From Albugo candida (taxonomy: Eukaryota): DNA of 64,000 nucleotides. The stretch lies in contig JBDOQK010000045.1 in NCBI GenBank assembly GCA_040437565.1, forward strand, positions 62,001 through 126,000, in the 5' to 3' direction. Positions 25,742 to 39,000 of this stretch are shown one piece after another. The notes beneath the pieces are model-generated. The model was not told where the DNA came from, searched no databases, and saw only the letters and a list, made by a program, of their open reading frames with translations. The first letter of the stretch is position 1, and the number at the start of each line of letters is the position of its first letter. The translations under genes were made by a program, and so were the position numbers.

Positions 25742-26649
25742 ACTCGGGTCTGGCCGGGAATGTGTGAACTCAACGCCTCCCTCACCTGTATGCACGCTTC
25801 CAACACGCTTCGATATCCCAACGGATGTTCATAACCTTGGCAGAATAATCTCGCTACACAAAAGTGAAGTATATCGACACCTTTGCAGCTGCCAGAAGCA
25901 AATCATGTGAATTTTGGCCAGCATACGAAGAAAGTTTCCTTCAGCAATGTCTTGAGTTCTTGGTCTTTCGCATTGCGGATATGCATTCTTTGAATGAGAG
26001 TAAAGTTGGCATGGATTCATTTTCAAGTACAATACATAGAATACTGTTTTGCAATGATGGCTCGGGAGAATTGGCGGCACGAGAAATGGATCGTACAATG
26101 AAGCTCGACGACATACAAATGAATTTCTGCATTTATGAGTTTAAAGTAAAGAAGAAAAATTCTGTCCTTAACGGGGATATCTGACGGCAGCGGTCGAAAT
26201 GAAGTGCCGTTTCACCCGGCCATACACTAATGGCTTACTATGGATATAAATCCTGTGAACGTGTCTGGAGATAAAGGAAAAAGCTCTCCAGCAATTTGGG
26301 CGCACTGTTGCGGACACTATCAGGAATGGTGCAAGTCAAATTTGTTTCTTTGTCTGCAAGGAGAAGCATCACAAGGGAATGGACAATGTACGCTGAATGC
26401 AAGGCTGTAATACTAAAGCAAGCTCATTTGGCTCTTCTCGATATAGAGAACATTCAAAGCGTTTTTGACACGTGAAATGGTGACCGGTTGACTCCACCTT
26501 CCTTCAGTAACTTGAGCCTATGGCTTTATGATTAGTGGTAAGCCCAGAGGAAACATACTTTGAGCCCATGGATCTGTGCAAAGGAAAGATGTGATTCACA
26601 AGAGCCAATCAACTGCAAACGACCTAGCAATAGTCGTACCAGCCTCGAT

Positions 26650-27310
26650 TCACAATTTACTACTGTAATACTTAAATGGCGAAAAATGGGACCTGCTACC
26701 TAAAATGTCGGCCATTCGGGACGTCGGAGTATTTTGCCAGCTACAGTAAATGTAAAGCTTGATAAACGTACTTTTCATTTTCTCGAACGTCGTGCCCCGA
26801 ATAAACTCCTTCTCAAGCCCCTTTATCAGCACAACGGACATGATCGCCATACGTATTATATAGTTCCACGATTGTACTGTACATCTTGGTCTCCAATATA
26901 TCAATGTAATCAAACATAAAGACCGGATAGGAACAAAGAATGCAGAGTAAGTACTCACCATGATAAATCGCCATAGTTTTCTCAAACTGTGCGTGTTTAT
27001 AACATTATTGCCTCCAAACAACAGACTTGAGTCTTATCTCAAGTATGCTTTTATTAATCGATTATGGGATACACAGAGGTCATAGCGGCTCGAAGGAACC
27101 ACGATAGAGCCAATTCTTTTATTGTCTATTTCTCAACGCTATGAGCCAGATGTATGTAAATGATAGATAAAGTTGCTGACATGCATAGAGCGTGGACTGT
27201 CCTCGCACTGTACGTTGTAGTAGATGCCGTGCAGTACTACGGCCAGAATACAGTACTATGCTTGTAGAAGAGCCAGCATCAGTACAATCAGGAAAATGCA
27301 CTCCAAACAC
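26650..27310 (-). pseudogene. Decayed pepsin-like C-lobe gene, probable paralogue of 28738-29571
   Basis: Fragments across frames: TYIWLIAL, GEYLLCILCSYPVFMFDY, TVQSWNYIIR and EKEFIRGTTFEKMKSTF. These parallel LQTVNYFFR...DDWIIGATLAMTYATVF. Multiple stops and frameshifts; boundaries approximate. Confidence 0.4.
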
Positions 27311-28737
27311 TTCATCTCAAACTGATTTCATAATATTTGTCATGCCGATTTGGAAGATTGAATTATGATAGGAATTTATGTATCTGAAATGATGAAAACG
27401 AAGCAAGAAACACAATCGTCCGCATCTTTATGATTTGAAACATTGTATTTCTCTATCGGGTGTGTAATATCGCAGCTGAACGCATCCATATTACTAGAAA
27501 ATTAGATTTACTGCTTTGCTTTGGATATTTTGATAATGCAAAAAAGCTAACGAGAAACTGCCTCTGAGAGATCATAATATGTCTTGCTGTTAATAGCCCT
27601 TTATTGTAATCACCCCATCCCACAACAAGGAGAGACTGTGTCCAACTTGCATGTACGTACTGTATGTACTAAATGGATATTATCCAAAAGTACCGCGTTT
27701 CCTACCTGTCTCCGTCCCAGTAGGCTTGACGAACATATCCATCCGAATAAGACTGGAATCGGAGTTGCTCTTGCACTTCTACTTGCCGGCGTCGTAACCG
27801 TGTCTGTAATATCGCGCTTTGCGCTTCAATTCGTCCGCTTTTATAGAACCAGAACCTCTATTCAAGTGTTGATCACGTCAGACGGACGAAAACGCTACGC
27901 GATATTGCTCAGCTTATTTGACAAAGGTACTATTGAGAGAGATTAGGTAGCTTCCGGAAGGAATGAAATATTAACAAGATCAATGTCGTTAACTTGAACT
28001 TACAGCAAATATTCAAGTCGATCAAGTCTCACAAATTACTGAAAAAATAAAAGCTAAGCAAAGTCGTAAAGCTCTGCCTTGTTATTCTGGTGCCTCTGTG
28101 AGAGGTATTCCGCACTGTATGTTTGCCTTCTTTAAATCACTTTTCTTAAGCCGCAATGCGCTTATCTTTTTAATCTGTCGCGTCAACTTGTAATTCAACT
28201 TTTTCAACTGCCAGTCTTTGGGTTATTCGTTCTGCCGCACTATCCTTCCACAAGCTTTCTTCGGAGCATCATCGGCGCGTTTGTACCTTATACATAATAG
28301 ATAAAAGATGAGCGTACTACCTTTCTAATTTCATCGCGTGGGCCATTAAATTTATTTCAACTAAAGAATCAAAGATCAATTTATACGCGCGAACGAACGT
28401 ATTTTCTGGACCAAATGAGACTCTTCTCAATACGATCCACCTTTCAGTGCCTTTTTTGTTTTGCTTGCGGTCAGCTTTCTGTGACTATCGAATACTTTCC
28501 TTGTTGCTTTGCTATGTCGCGAGCAGATTCGAGAATAAGGGACGACATTATGATTATGGAAAAGTCTGCTTCATTGAGCGTACGTTTGGGGTATCTAAAC
28601 ACAGTTGCTGACTACTGCCATTGAAAGTGGCTGTAGACGAATAATCATATAATTGTATGATAGATAGCATCGTTTCAGACAAAAGCACAATAAAATGCCT
28701 CTGGATTGTATCAATCTAGTAGTATGCAGCGACAAAC

Positions 28738-29571
28738 TTAAGAATATGGGGAGATGGTAAACTCGTGGGATTCACGGTCTTGAGATGGCATTCGGAAAAC
28801 AGTTGCGTAAGTCATGGCAAGTGTAGCGCCGATGATCCAGTCGTCGCTTTCTTCGTTGATTTTGACTGCCAAATAGCATATACTCTTGTCAGTCGGATCT
28901 CTAAAAAAATAATTGACAGTTTGAAGGCTTAAGAGGTCCTCCTTTCCAAACTGAAATGAGATCTCTGGAAGCTTCAGGGTCTTCCTTATATCACAATCAA
29001 TTGATTCGGATATTTGCAAGCTGCTATTCGTTTTTTGTAAAGCCGTAATGATTATGTCGTATGCCAGTTTTGGAATAAGACTGTGGACATATCCATAGTT
29101 GAAGCGAACGTTTCCACTCAGCCAGGTAAGTTGATCTCCATATACAAATATATGCACCACTTCAAAATAGTCTTGTGCAGCACGCATGGGACCAATGTCA
29201 AAAAATTGGGTTTTCTGAAACGGATTCGTTGAAGAAAGATCGTACAGTTTTGGCTTCCCGTGGACAAAATCCCACTCGAATCTAAATGAACGTTTATGGT
29301 TGTCCTTGTCAGCACCGAACATCTCTGACAACGCTTCGTAGATGTAATTCTTTTCAATACCATTTGCTACTTTTTCATTTGGAATTTGTTTGTTGCTTTT
29401 TGGATCTCTTTCGTCTTTAGTGTGTTCTCCCGATATCTCGATCACAAAAGAAGTTGTGCGGGTGACAAGCTTCGTTTCGGTGACAGACTTCTTGACAATG
29501 AGAGGGATATCGATCGCGTTTACTAACTGGAATCCCAATAAACACCAAACTTGTATTCTTAGAACCCGCAT
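28738..29571 (-). CDS. Secreted single-lobe pepsin (A1)-like protein, catalytic Asp absent
   Basis: Signal peptide MRVLRIQVWCLLGFQLVNA. C-lobe signature DC...LPEISFQFG...LSLQTVNYF...CYLAV...WIIGATLAMTYATVF. RFNYGYVHSLIP sits where D[TS]G is expected. INR/FPR-like TCATTTTGAAGTT upstream. Confidence 0.75.
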   Translation of the reverse strand: MRVLRIQVWCLLGFQLVNAIDIPLIVKKSVTETKLVTRTTSFVIEISGEHTKDERDPKSNKQIPNEKVANGIEKNYIYEALSEMFGADKDNHKRSFRFEWDFVHGKPKLYDLSSTNPFQKTQFFDIGPMRAAQDYFEVVHIFVYGDQLTWLSGNVRFNYGYVHSLIPKLAYDIIITALQKTNSSLQISESIDCDIRKTLKLPEISFQFGKEDLLSLQTVNYFFRDPTDKSICYLAVKINEESDDWIIGATLAMTYATVFRMPSQDRESHEFTISPYS

Positions 29572-31359
29572 TTACTTGGGTGGTGAACTTCAAAATGAAT
29601 AATAATAATGTTATCGGTTCTGCTCAACCAAACAATCCAAGAGTGAAAGAGCAACCTTCTGTCGGCTGCATTCTGTCAACCGGTTGAATTTGCAGAGAAA
29701 TTGTATGGAAAAATGAATCAGACGTGGTGAGACTAGGTATAAGCGATAATAAACCAATGGTTGAGCAGCAACGGTGTGTGATTGCGTTGTTGACGTGGTC
29801 AAGTTGTTGTGTAAACGTACGCAATCGAATAAAAATGTTGCATACCTATCACATTTGATATTTTGGAGAAAAATTGAGTTTTGCATGTTTTGAAGCGGCT
29901 GCGTAAGAACTGGCGTCATCAGGAATTGCCAGACATTGTACATGACGAAGGCGGCTTCCGCAAACTCGGAAAAAGGATGCTATCAAGAGCAATTAGACAC
30001 ATGCGCTTGTGTCATCACTACCTTCTCCTCCCAAACATATAATCGTTGCAGAGTTTATAAATAGTCAAATTTCTCATTCAGTTTACAAGACTGTCTTTTA
30101 TGATTTCCTAAATATGATAATTGAGTAAGTTGATAGGAACCTATCATCGTATACTTTATGTCTGATTCGTGAGACAACAGCGGTGTTTCATTCATATTGA
30201 TAGATACTCTATCATTTTGTCTGTGCTGTTTTTTGTTAAGAACCAAATCAAATTTGCTGTTTCGTGTCAATCAATTGCTAGCGACTGCTCCTCGCGAAGA
30301 CTACCGTTTATAATCGACGTGCTTACGATACATCTCTAACCAGCTGATGGGTCTCTTCACTACCATCCATCATGTGCTTTTTTGATCAATACAGCTGAAT
30401 ATGCCTGTGAATTGGGCGCCACCACGACAAAGGTAGTATTCATCGTTACATGGTAAGCGAACCAAACGACGAGCAAGTTTCTCCGACCACGTTACGAGCT
30501 CTCATATACTAGCTCTAGATGTATTTTCAATTCGTGAGCTGCTCAAAAGTCTTATGTGTTGGGCTATGGCTTTAGTCCTCAACAAGTAGACACAAAACTG
30601 AACACATCTGAGTTGGGAAGGATGGTTCTGATGACAGTGACTAAAAAACACATCCCAATGAATCTAAAAGTTCTCGCTGTGCTCCCTGTGGTAATCGCTA
30701 GCTTTCTAGCAGGATGGAACAGTCTGCAAGCTTTTTTTGATAGGCTGGAGGTATAGAATCTGTAAGATGATGGGAAGAACGTTTTGAACATAAATCAAGT
30801 CTGAGATGCTACAACCGGCAGAAACAAGCGAGCGTCAAAAGGTTTTAGTGTTCGTGGACTATCGGCTTCCTGTTATTGCTTGATCAGAACATTGGAAGCC
30901 GGTTACATCATAGCCCTCATTTTAGTGATGTAACCTAGAAAATTTGGTCAACATTCGACAGGAAGCCAGTCAACATCGGGATGATATTTCCCTATTCCAT
31001 ATCTGAACATTGATATTGACCGTTGAGAGAGAAGAGTACAAATGGGTGTCGGGCTTTGATTTTGAACCGATTTGTTCTTAAAATCGCATCAATCCAAAGC
31101 AGATGGATATCAAATAAGCATCTTAATCGACTGTATGGTATCATATTAATCACATCCTGAAGCCTCAGTTTCTTTCCTTTCGAGCAATTTGCGTAGAAGA
31201 GCACTGATAGATGCTTAGCTTTGTAAGTCCTACTGACATCCTCTATGCTTTCTACCATCTGCTCTGACCTAGTATTCGAATAGTGCGTGTTTTAAGATCT
31301 TTTATCGGCTACTTACGTTAGATACGTTAGCTCTTGTCTGTAAAAGATACACATAACAC

Positions 31360-34300
31360 ACATCATTTTTCTCTCTTGTTTGAAGTTTCATTGAGGACGA
31401 AACTCCGCATTTCTTCCGCCTGGACTCGGTACGTAGCCCGCGTCATTCATAGCGGCACATCTTCCAAGAGGATACGCGCAGGATCCCAGCCCTTGGCTTC
31501 GTCCAATCGCTGCCACTGGACCAGAACCTCCCATTGATGCGTATCTGGTTTAATTTGCAGTCGTAGAGAAAACGCTAGGCCAAATTCCCACCATTTGCAT
31601 TCGTTGCATAATCTCGCAAACCTTGGGTACCCCGAGATATTTTCGCCTAGAAAACTTTGAACGCGTGATATGCCGCGTGATTAACGAAAAAAGCTCGACA
31701 AGTTTCTGTATGTCGTAAGTCCATTCATTGAGCTTGGCCACCACCCGTTAAGGATCCTTCCAATATGGAACCAACTAGTTTTCGCGTCGAGTGACATTTC
31801 CGGATAAGAAAAAGTCAGCGATTTCAAAATTCACGGCCTGCACGTCATATTTCTTTCGTGTCGTCGTCGTGCTCCTTCGCCTTTTTCTCGCTGTGTCAGA
31901 TAGTATCTTGCGCAAAGCGTCAATTGTTTTCTGGAGATCTTGCATGTGTATTTGTTGCTTTTCATTGATAGCCTGCATTGTAAACGACAACACCCCTCTC
32001 AGACGAGCCGGCTGATAGATGATGCTGATAGGATCTCATGGAGGGAGAGAAGTGAACGCCGTCAGAGGGGAAACACCACCAAGTAGACTCGTAGGTAGGT
32101 AGTTTATGCTCGACTGACACAGAGACAGAAAATACGGCCATTGTCCAATCGATTGCCGTTTCCTCGGTCAAAAGCGACCGCAGTGCCTTCAACAATTGCC
32201 TGTTCAGCATTTCTACGGATTCATTTGCCCACGGTCTGTACGCAGTAACGAAATACTGCTGCGAACCGAGTAGCTTGCGTAATCACCCCAATATTTCGTT
32301 CTTGAAATGAGATCTTTGGCTATATACCGCATTAACACCACACCGTAACGCTTGAACCAGTCCATTAAAAGTGGACGGTAAATGCCGTGCTGGCAACGGT
32401 TGTCGGGATGAATACATTGAATTCGCTCATCCCTTCCTTCTACAATAGGGCGTGACGCATACGATCTAAGCCATTTGACATAGATAGGTATTCAAAATGT
32501 GTAATTTCACTCGGCTTTGTTGCGCGTAGTGTTTCAACTTACGGGCGTGAATAACTCTCATCCCGAACCATCAACAGTGTCTGACAAACTTGTGCATGAC
32601 GTCATTCCTACTTTTCCATACCACATGTGTCACTAGAATATCTTACGCTGTTACAATTACACGGTGACCTGCTGCGCCCGCATAAGCTATGACACATTAC
32701 CGTTGCTATGCATCCACAGGACCTGGTATCCATGTACGTCCCTTTGTATCCACACCAAACTAGTTTACCGCATTCTCGGTGTACTTTGTGACTGCTTGCC
32801 TCACAAGTGCCTTGTCTTTGGATTGCTCTGGCCTCCTTTAACGACGGCAATCCAAAATCCATTCTTTCTATAGGCAAGACATTATTGACAACTGATAAAG
32901 CGCAGCAACTATCTGGCACGCCCTATTTGTTATATTCAGGTCGAATCCAAGGTGATGACAAGCAATCCCACACATTTTCGCTTCCGGCCACGTTCTCCGC
33001 AAAACATCTGTCAACAAATCGACCATCGCAGGATTTTTCACGCTCTGTATCGAGCTATCGCACTATCAACACTCTTGGGTCTAATATGAACAGCAGATTT
33101 CGATGGTCGGTAAAAATATGAACTCTCCTCTTGGCAGCCACAAGTATTTCACCCGGTTGCATGTGTCCACCATAGCAAATGCTTATTTTCAAATCGTCGC
33201 CCTTTTCAACATTGGCGTCTCAACAACCCGCTTATAAAAGCGAGCGGGAAATGATCTTGTTCCCCTCTGGGTTTTGATAATCCCCTCCGTGTTACTTGTG
33301 CAATGATACCCCCAACAATATAGGGATGCATCTGCATATAGACTCACGTCGCAGGCATCTTTTGGATGCGCTATGGGCACCATTTTAGACAGAGCTTCTC
33401 TAATATTTGTAAGCCTTATTCTCGTTGGAGCTCAATCCATGGTCCCGAAACAACATGGTCAATGAGATCTTTTTCTTTCTGCTCCCTGAAGACTTTTTTG
33501 CATGTTACGGAATGTCCTGCAGAGCTTTTACGAGAATCGTGTGAATTGGAATCTTGTTTCGCATCCAGTTTACGGCTCATGAATCTACCGCAGTTCTCCC
33601 GCAGGTGAAAGCTCGGGCGGCAGGCCTTTTACCCGACTATCGCAAAAGCTTATAAACTCGCCTGAATGATTCATATACACCATACGGTGGAATCTGTAAG
33701 AAAAGTGCATTCCTTTGAATGTAGATACACTCCAAATCCCGGCATCTTTGCGTGACCACCTCAAGTGTATCCAGCAATTGCTTCACAGTCTCCGCATACC
33801 CAAAATATCATTCAACCAGACCTGGACTCTTTTCCTGAACTGGCTTCATGACTTATTCGGCCACTTGTTGTGCATAAGTAACCGCATTTGCAGATCCCAA
33901 GATAACTCGACTTGCCGCAAAAAATCACTCGGCGTGCCACGGGGAAATAATCTCGGCTATTCACGGATGTAAAAGTATTTGCCAGTAGAGTCGAAAACAA
34001 TTTAAAGAAACGCAGCATCCTGATCCCACCAAACTCGTCAAAATTATTTTGAGACGCGGCATGGGCCATGACATTGGAACCGTCACTTCATTTATTGCTC
34101 GTAGATCCACCATCATACGGCAAGATCAGACTTTGTCTTTGCCACAACATGTGGAGCACTACCACATCGAGAATCCGGATTACGATATATCAAATCGTTC
34201 TGCATCAGGTCATCAAGATACTTACCCAAGTAGTCTTTATGGAGTGGTAGGTAACTCCTTTACTTTGCCATGTACAAGAGGGATCCTTCCTTTATTACGA

Positions 34301-36075
34301 CTTGCAATGGTGTGACCTTCAAAGGAAAGTATGCAGCCAATTCCACTCGAAATATAATCCGTATTTGACAAAACGTTCTTTGAGACGGTCGACTGACATC
34401 ACTGTGGCTTCTGTTTTCCGCACCTCGGTCACCTGTCCCTAAAATTGCATTGATCGTTTCTTGTTGAATTTCGGTACACGTCACTTCTGGGGTGAAAAGA
34501 CACCATTCTGCGTCATGATCAGTATCATCTAGGTCTTCATAAAGTGTTTCCTCGCAGATTTGTAAAGACCTAAATGGGATCCTGTTTTGATGCAGCTTCA
34601 TCAGCGAACGCACCCCAGATTCTGTGCTTTTCTCTAGCTACTTGCAACACCGCCTCATCGAATACCCCATCGTTTTTACCAAATTCCTATAAATGATTAA
34701 CGAGAGCTTTTTGTCTTCTCCATTTACCACTACTTTCAGATTTGTCCATACAAGCGGCCCAACATTTGCAGTGAGCTCCACACAGGCTAAAATACCAATT
34801 CGTCACACCCATAGCGGCGTCTGCCCCACGGTGGCTATATACAAGGGAGCTTTTAAAATTTTTATTGACAGATGTTTGGCAGCCAAAAGCACTTTTTCGA
34901 GGCCAATGAATATGGTACGACAATCCGATCCTGAAGCCAGTAGAGTCTTGACATTTCGACGCCATTCCCCGTAGTCATGACCTCCCCACTGCTACTGCGT
35001 GCATGTGCTAATTTCACTTTCTTTTCCGCGTCAGATATCTTTTCTTTCAGCAATCTATCAGCTTCTACCGGAGCACATGACGGATAGTTTTGAACAGAAT
35101 GCTCCGTACTATCGCACTTTGAACAATCCAAACGGGCGTTTACTAAATGCTTGACCCAGCACTCAGAGACTCCTCGTCTTGACTTATCTGATACTTATCG
35201 CGTTTTACCAACTTGGTCATCTTACCATCTTTCATTTCACAGCGGTATGACATTCTATTCGATGCTGATACTTGTTCCCACTTCATAAAGGTCTTCGAAT
35301 ACTGCTTGGTAATATTTGCAGGAGAACACGCGATTCTTCTTTGCCTTATTAATGTCCATCTTCAATTTGCCCACAATTTTTCGTCTGAACCTTGGCGGCT
35401 CCAACGCATCCACCATCTATTGGACAGCAATTTTGTTTTGGATACGCATGTTCCACATACTCCTATAGACCGTGCGGGTCAATATCCAATACATTTGTTT
35501 CTCAGGCGGAACTTTTTTGAGCTTGCATCACTCACGATTGCGCATTTCTGAATCAATATTTGCAGAATCCACGTGATTCGGCTCTCCTGCTTCCCGAAAG
35601 CAGTTTATTCAATCTTGTTTCAGTTACTTCTATTGCAGATTCTTCGATCTCACACTTCAAGATCTGTTCTTTGTCCACACTTCCACGCAAGCCGATGCCG
35701 GCATGCGGGATGCTTTATTCTGGCATGTTTTGCAAGACATCAGCGTGTTGTAATAATCCTGGTACTTCTTCACAAATACCCTCTTGTTTTTCGACGTCTC
35801 CCTTTTAGGCACGGGGTGTCTGCAGAGCTGAGGTGCATTGGAGATTCGATCTTCTCATGGAACATCTGCCATCTCGCAGTCCCCCGTCATCCGTCGAACT
35901 CGCTCTTTCGTTAGCTCTCCAATGAAACGTTCAAAGGGGTCCAGATTCCGAAATTCCCTATATTTTGTCCTTATTTGGTTTCGGATGATAGTATATTTAG
36001 CTCCGCATATATATTATCGTTGGTGCTCATGTCTTCAACTTGAAGCACCGCTTTAGCTTCAACCATAAAGGCTGT
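31360..36075 (-). mobile_element. Degenerate Ty3/gypsy (chromovirus-type) LTR retrotransposon internal region
   Basis: Minus-strand order: gag-like region, Zn knuckle CSKCDSTEHSVQNY (~35100), RT VWLNDILG (~33810), RNase H VSLYADASLYCWG (~33330), integrase SHFKNEI..YFVTAYRPWANESVEMLNR (~32250), chromodomain WEVLVQWQRLDEAKGWDP (~31500), PPT-like tract at ~31361-31380. Many stops and frameshifts; paired LTRs were not identified. Confidence 0.85.
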
Positions 36076-39000
36076 TACAAACCCCTAACCGACTGTAATG
36101 TACATGATGATAATATTATGGAGACTCGGTTGCTTACTTCTTGAAAGCATTTTGAACTGAAAGGCATTGACAGATGTTTAGCTTTGTAATTTTTACACGC
36201 GGTTGCTCGTGATCTTTGGAAATCGTCCATACTGATACAGAAATTGAAGCTTGATCTGGTAGGAGCTGATCATCATTTCTATATAAATGATTCCTCTTCA
36301 AAAATATTCTAAGATAAGCTCTTTTTCTCTGACATGACCTAGCTCCATCTTGAAAATGTTTCCATCTTGAAAAATTTGTGTCGGGATTCCGCACGGAATG
36401 GATGAGTTATCACGCAAGAAGCAATCTTTATCATCGCTGTCCATTTCATTCATCGGCGATTTTGAAACGGACTCTGAACCGTTGCACTACGCATGTGCTA
36501 TCATGTGAGCTTGTTATTTTGTTACAGGTAGAATCGAACAGGGAAGAGTCTAATAATATGCATCAGCTTGCTAGAGATTCATTGCGAGATTGCAAACTTT
36601 AGATTCGTTCGTGCTTGAATTGGTTGAAAAGTGGCGGATAAGGAAAAAATGGCCTTCGGTCCACTATCTTGCATCTTTGTATTTTGTAATCTTGAAACTT
36701 GCTCTTTTTTCAAGCTAGGTCTTTTACTAGCCCACCAAATTAAACCTTATTTCCTGCTTCATTTGCTCTTCTCTTGGATTATTCTCCAGGTCTATTGATG
36801 ATCCCAAAAAGTTCAAAAGCCCACAAGAGTAGGAATCAAAATCGGTTATCTGTACAAACAACCTTATGAGAGAACCTCATATATTATGCTACGTAAAGCT
36901 CAAGGCTATGGCCTATATGCTGTTGTATGATATTGGGGAACATGGAGATGCACTGCACGCCCTACGATTTGGCACAACTATAATGCTGCTGGTGTTGCTG
37001 TATTCCTAACCTAGTGGCGACCGTACTGTCTAATGACGGATTTCATGCCTAGATAGCTAATTACAATTAAATACTCTCAGTAACTTCTATTCATTAGAAC
37101 TTACTCTCCAGCTTACCATATACTATACAGTATAGAGATATTTTACTGGATATTTAGCAGGAAGTGCAGCAATGGACTTGGATTTTTCATTTGAGAATTT
37201 CTGAAATATATTCTGTTTCCTTAACGATATGTTCAAATCGTAGAGGTTTTTCCGACATGTATAAACTTGAGTGTACGTATTGTGCTCATAAAAATAGGCT
37301 AACAATTATATGAGCGCGCTTGGCGCAATTGCAGGACTATCAGAATTCATGCCACTAGACTCGTTCCACCATGAGAACAATTCATCACCTCTATTCGCCT
37401 GAGCGAATGATTTTTTCCGATGGATGATACTTTTTTGTGGTTCTAAGATTTATATTCTAAATCCCGTGCTCAAGAATATTGGAGTTGCAGCAACGAGATT
37501 ATCGTTCTTGAGATTATGCAGATACAGCAAAAATTCCCGATGTGAAAGACGAGCATAAATTTCCATTCTCAGCACCATCTTGATATGAGCAACATGCCAA
37601 ATAAGAGGAGAGCGGCTTGCAACTGCGCCTGGAAGACTCAAAGTTTTGATGATGTTCCGGTTACCTCAGATTGTTCTGGGAGAAAATTATACGATCTGAG
37701 AAATGCGTATGGTTATAGGAACGAAAGTATCTGAAAGAGTAGAGATTGATTGTGAAAATGCTAGTGAACTTAAGACAAGGATTGATTGGATAGCTCCCTG
37801 CAGCATCCCCGCAATGAAGCCAGAAGGATATGTTTTCATAATGATAGAAAGAACATAACGCTACAATCGTATATTTCTAATCCATCGGAAGCGTTTACGA
37901 AGCTTTCTTTTCGTCAGCCTAAAAACTAGCATGTCAGTTATTCAAATACTGCAGAAACATTCACGCATTAATTGAATAATCATGCATGATTAAATAGCGC
38001 TGGTAATCCACCCTACGTGGTATCTCGGTGCTGCAACTTTCATTTGAGACAAATGCGATGAGCAGCAAACCAAAATGTCGCAGATTGGAATTTCTGTAAA
38101 GTGTGTGATGATGCGATGAAGGTCATACATAAGTTGCCTAATTTGTGTGTTTGCATAAATAGCTTCTAGACGATTTGACCTTCTTGAGAGGGCTGCTAAC
38201 AAGATGTCGCCTACAATTTTGGTAGCTTTGGCCATTGCGCTCGTGACAAAGTCGAATTCTCGAGATCTCAACAAATTCGCACGTGAAATGATAAAGCGTT
38301 TCACGTGTCTCTGAGTTAGGCTTCGATGGAGTGTTTGAATGCCATAAACTGAGAAAAGGATTGTAAAAATCCAAGTTCATGCTGAAAAGCATGAGTTCAT
38401 CCAGAGTAAGGTGACCTATTTACTTGGGATATGGAGCCTCGAAGTTCGAGGACGGTCCTTCGGAGAAGGCTTAAATCTATAGCATTAGTGAGAGCGTTCA
38501 ATCGTACAGATGTATAATTGGTAAGCTTTTAAATCAAAGGTAAACTCAAGTGAAGTGTGCTAATGTGGTGTTGTTTGATATTAGGGTGGTCAAGGCCAAA
38601 GAGAATTGGGATTACCGATAGGCTAAGTGCAAATGTTGAAAGCATAGGATCTATCAAATATGGCGTTCCGTGCAGCTTTCCTGTTATAACTTATCGCTTA
38701 GTCCAATCAAGTCAAATAAACTGGAGTTCGATACAAATTCTTCCTTCTCCCTTCACGTTCACTGATTGCAGTATTGTAACTCAAATTGTGGCATCACATT
38801 TAGTATGGTGCGGAGACCTAAATGTAACACATAAGAACTTTATAGCCTTACCTAAAAGGTTACGTAAGGCTACGGCGATCATGTGAGATCTACATGGTCA
38901 TCAAAGGGTGTTTTCTAGAGCTGCGGTGGTCGGAATAAGAAAGAAATGATAAGTAGTTCCGTGTATTATTTCATTTATACGCTGCTCCGAATTTTGATGG

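Larger units (their letters stand above)
9170..26470 (+). repeat. Diverged tandem array of ~4.6 units (3.6-3.9 kb), each with a TFIIA-gamma-like gene and other decayed coding-like sequence
   Basis: The anchor GTTGAAT(G/A)..GATACATA occurs at ~9170, 12790, 16721, 20463 and 24273 (periods ~3620, 3931, 3742, 3810). Paralogous ORF fragments recur (e.g. 11640/15299/22928 and 12497/16386/23840). The last unit is partial. Confidence 0.95.

Noticed and set aside
9170-26470. Array as rDNA, or as tandem LTR/Helitron elements
   Set aside because: I recognise no rRNA sequence or RT, integrase or Rep-helicase motifs, and the units are too diverged for rDNA.
30901-30935. 10-bp hairpin GGTTACATCA...TGATGTAACC
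   Set aside because: A single short stem with no supporting context; compatible with chance or an LTR remnant.
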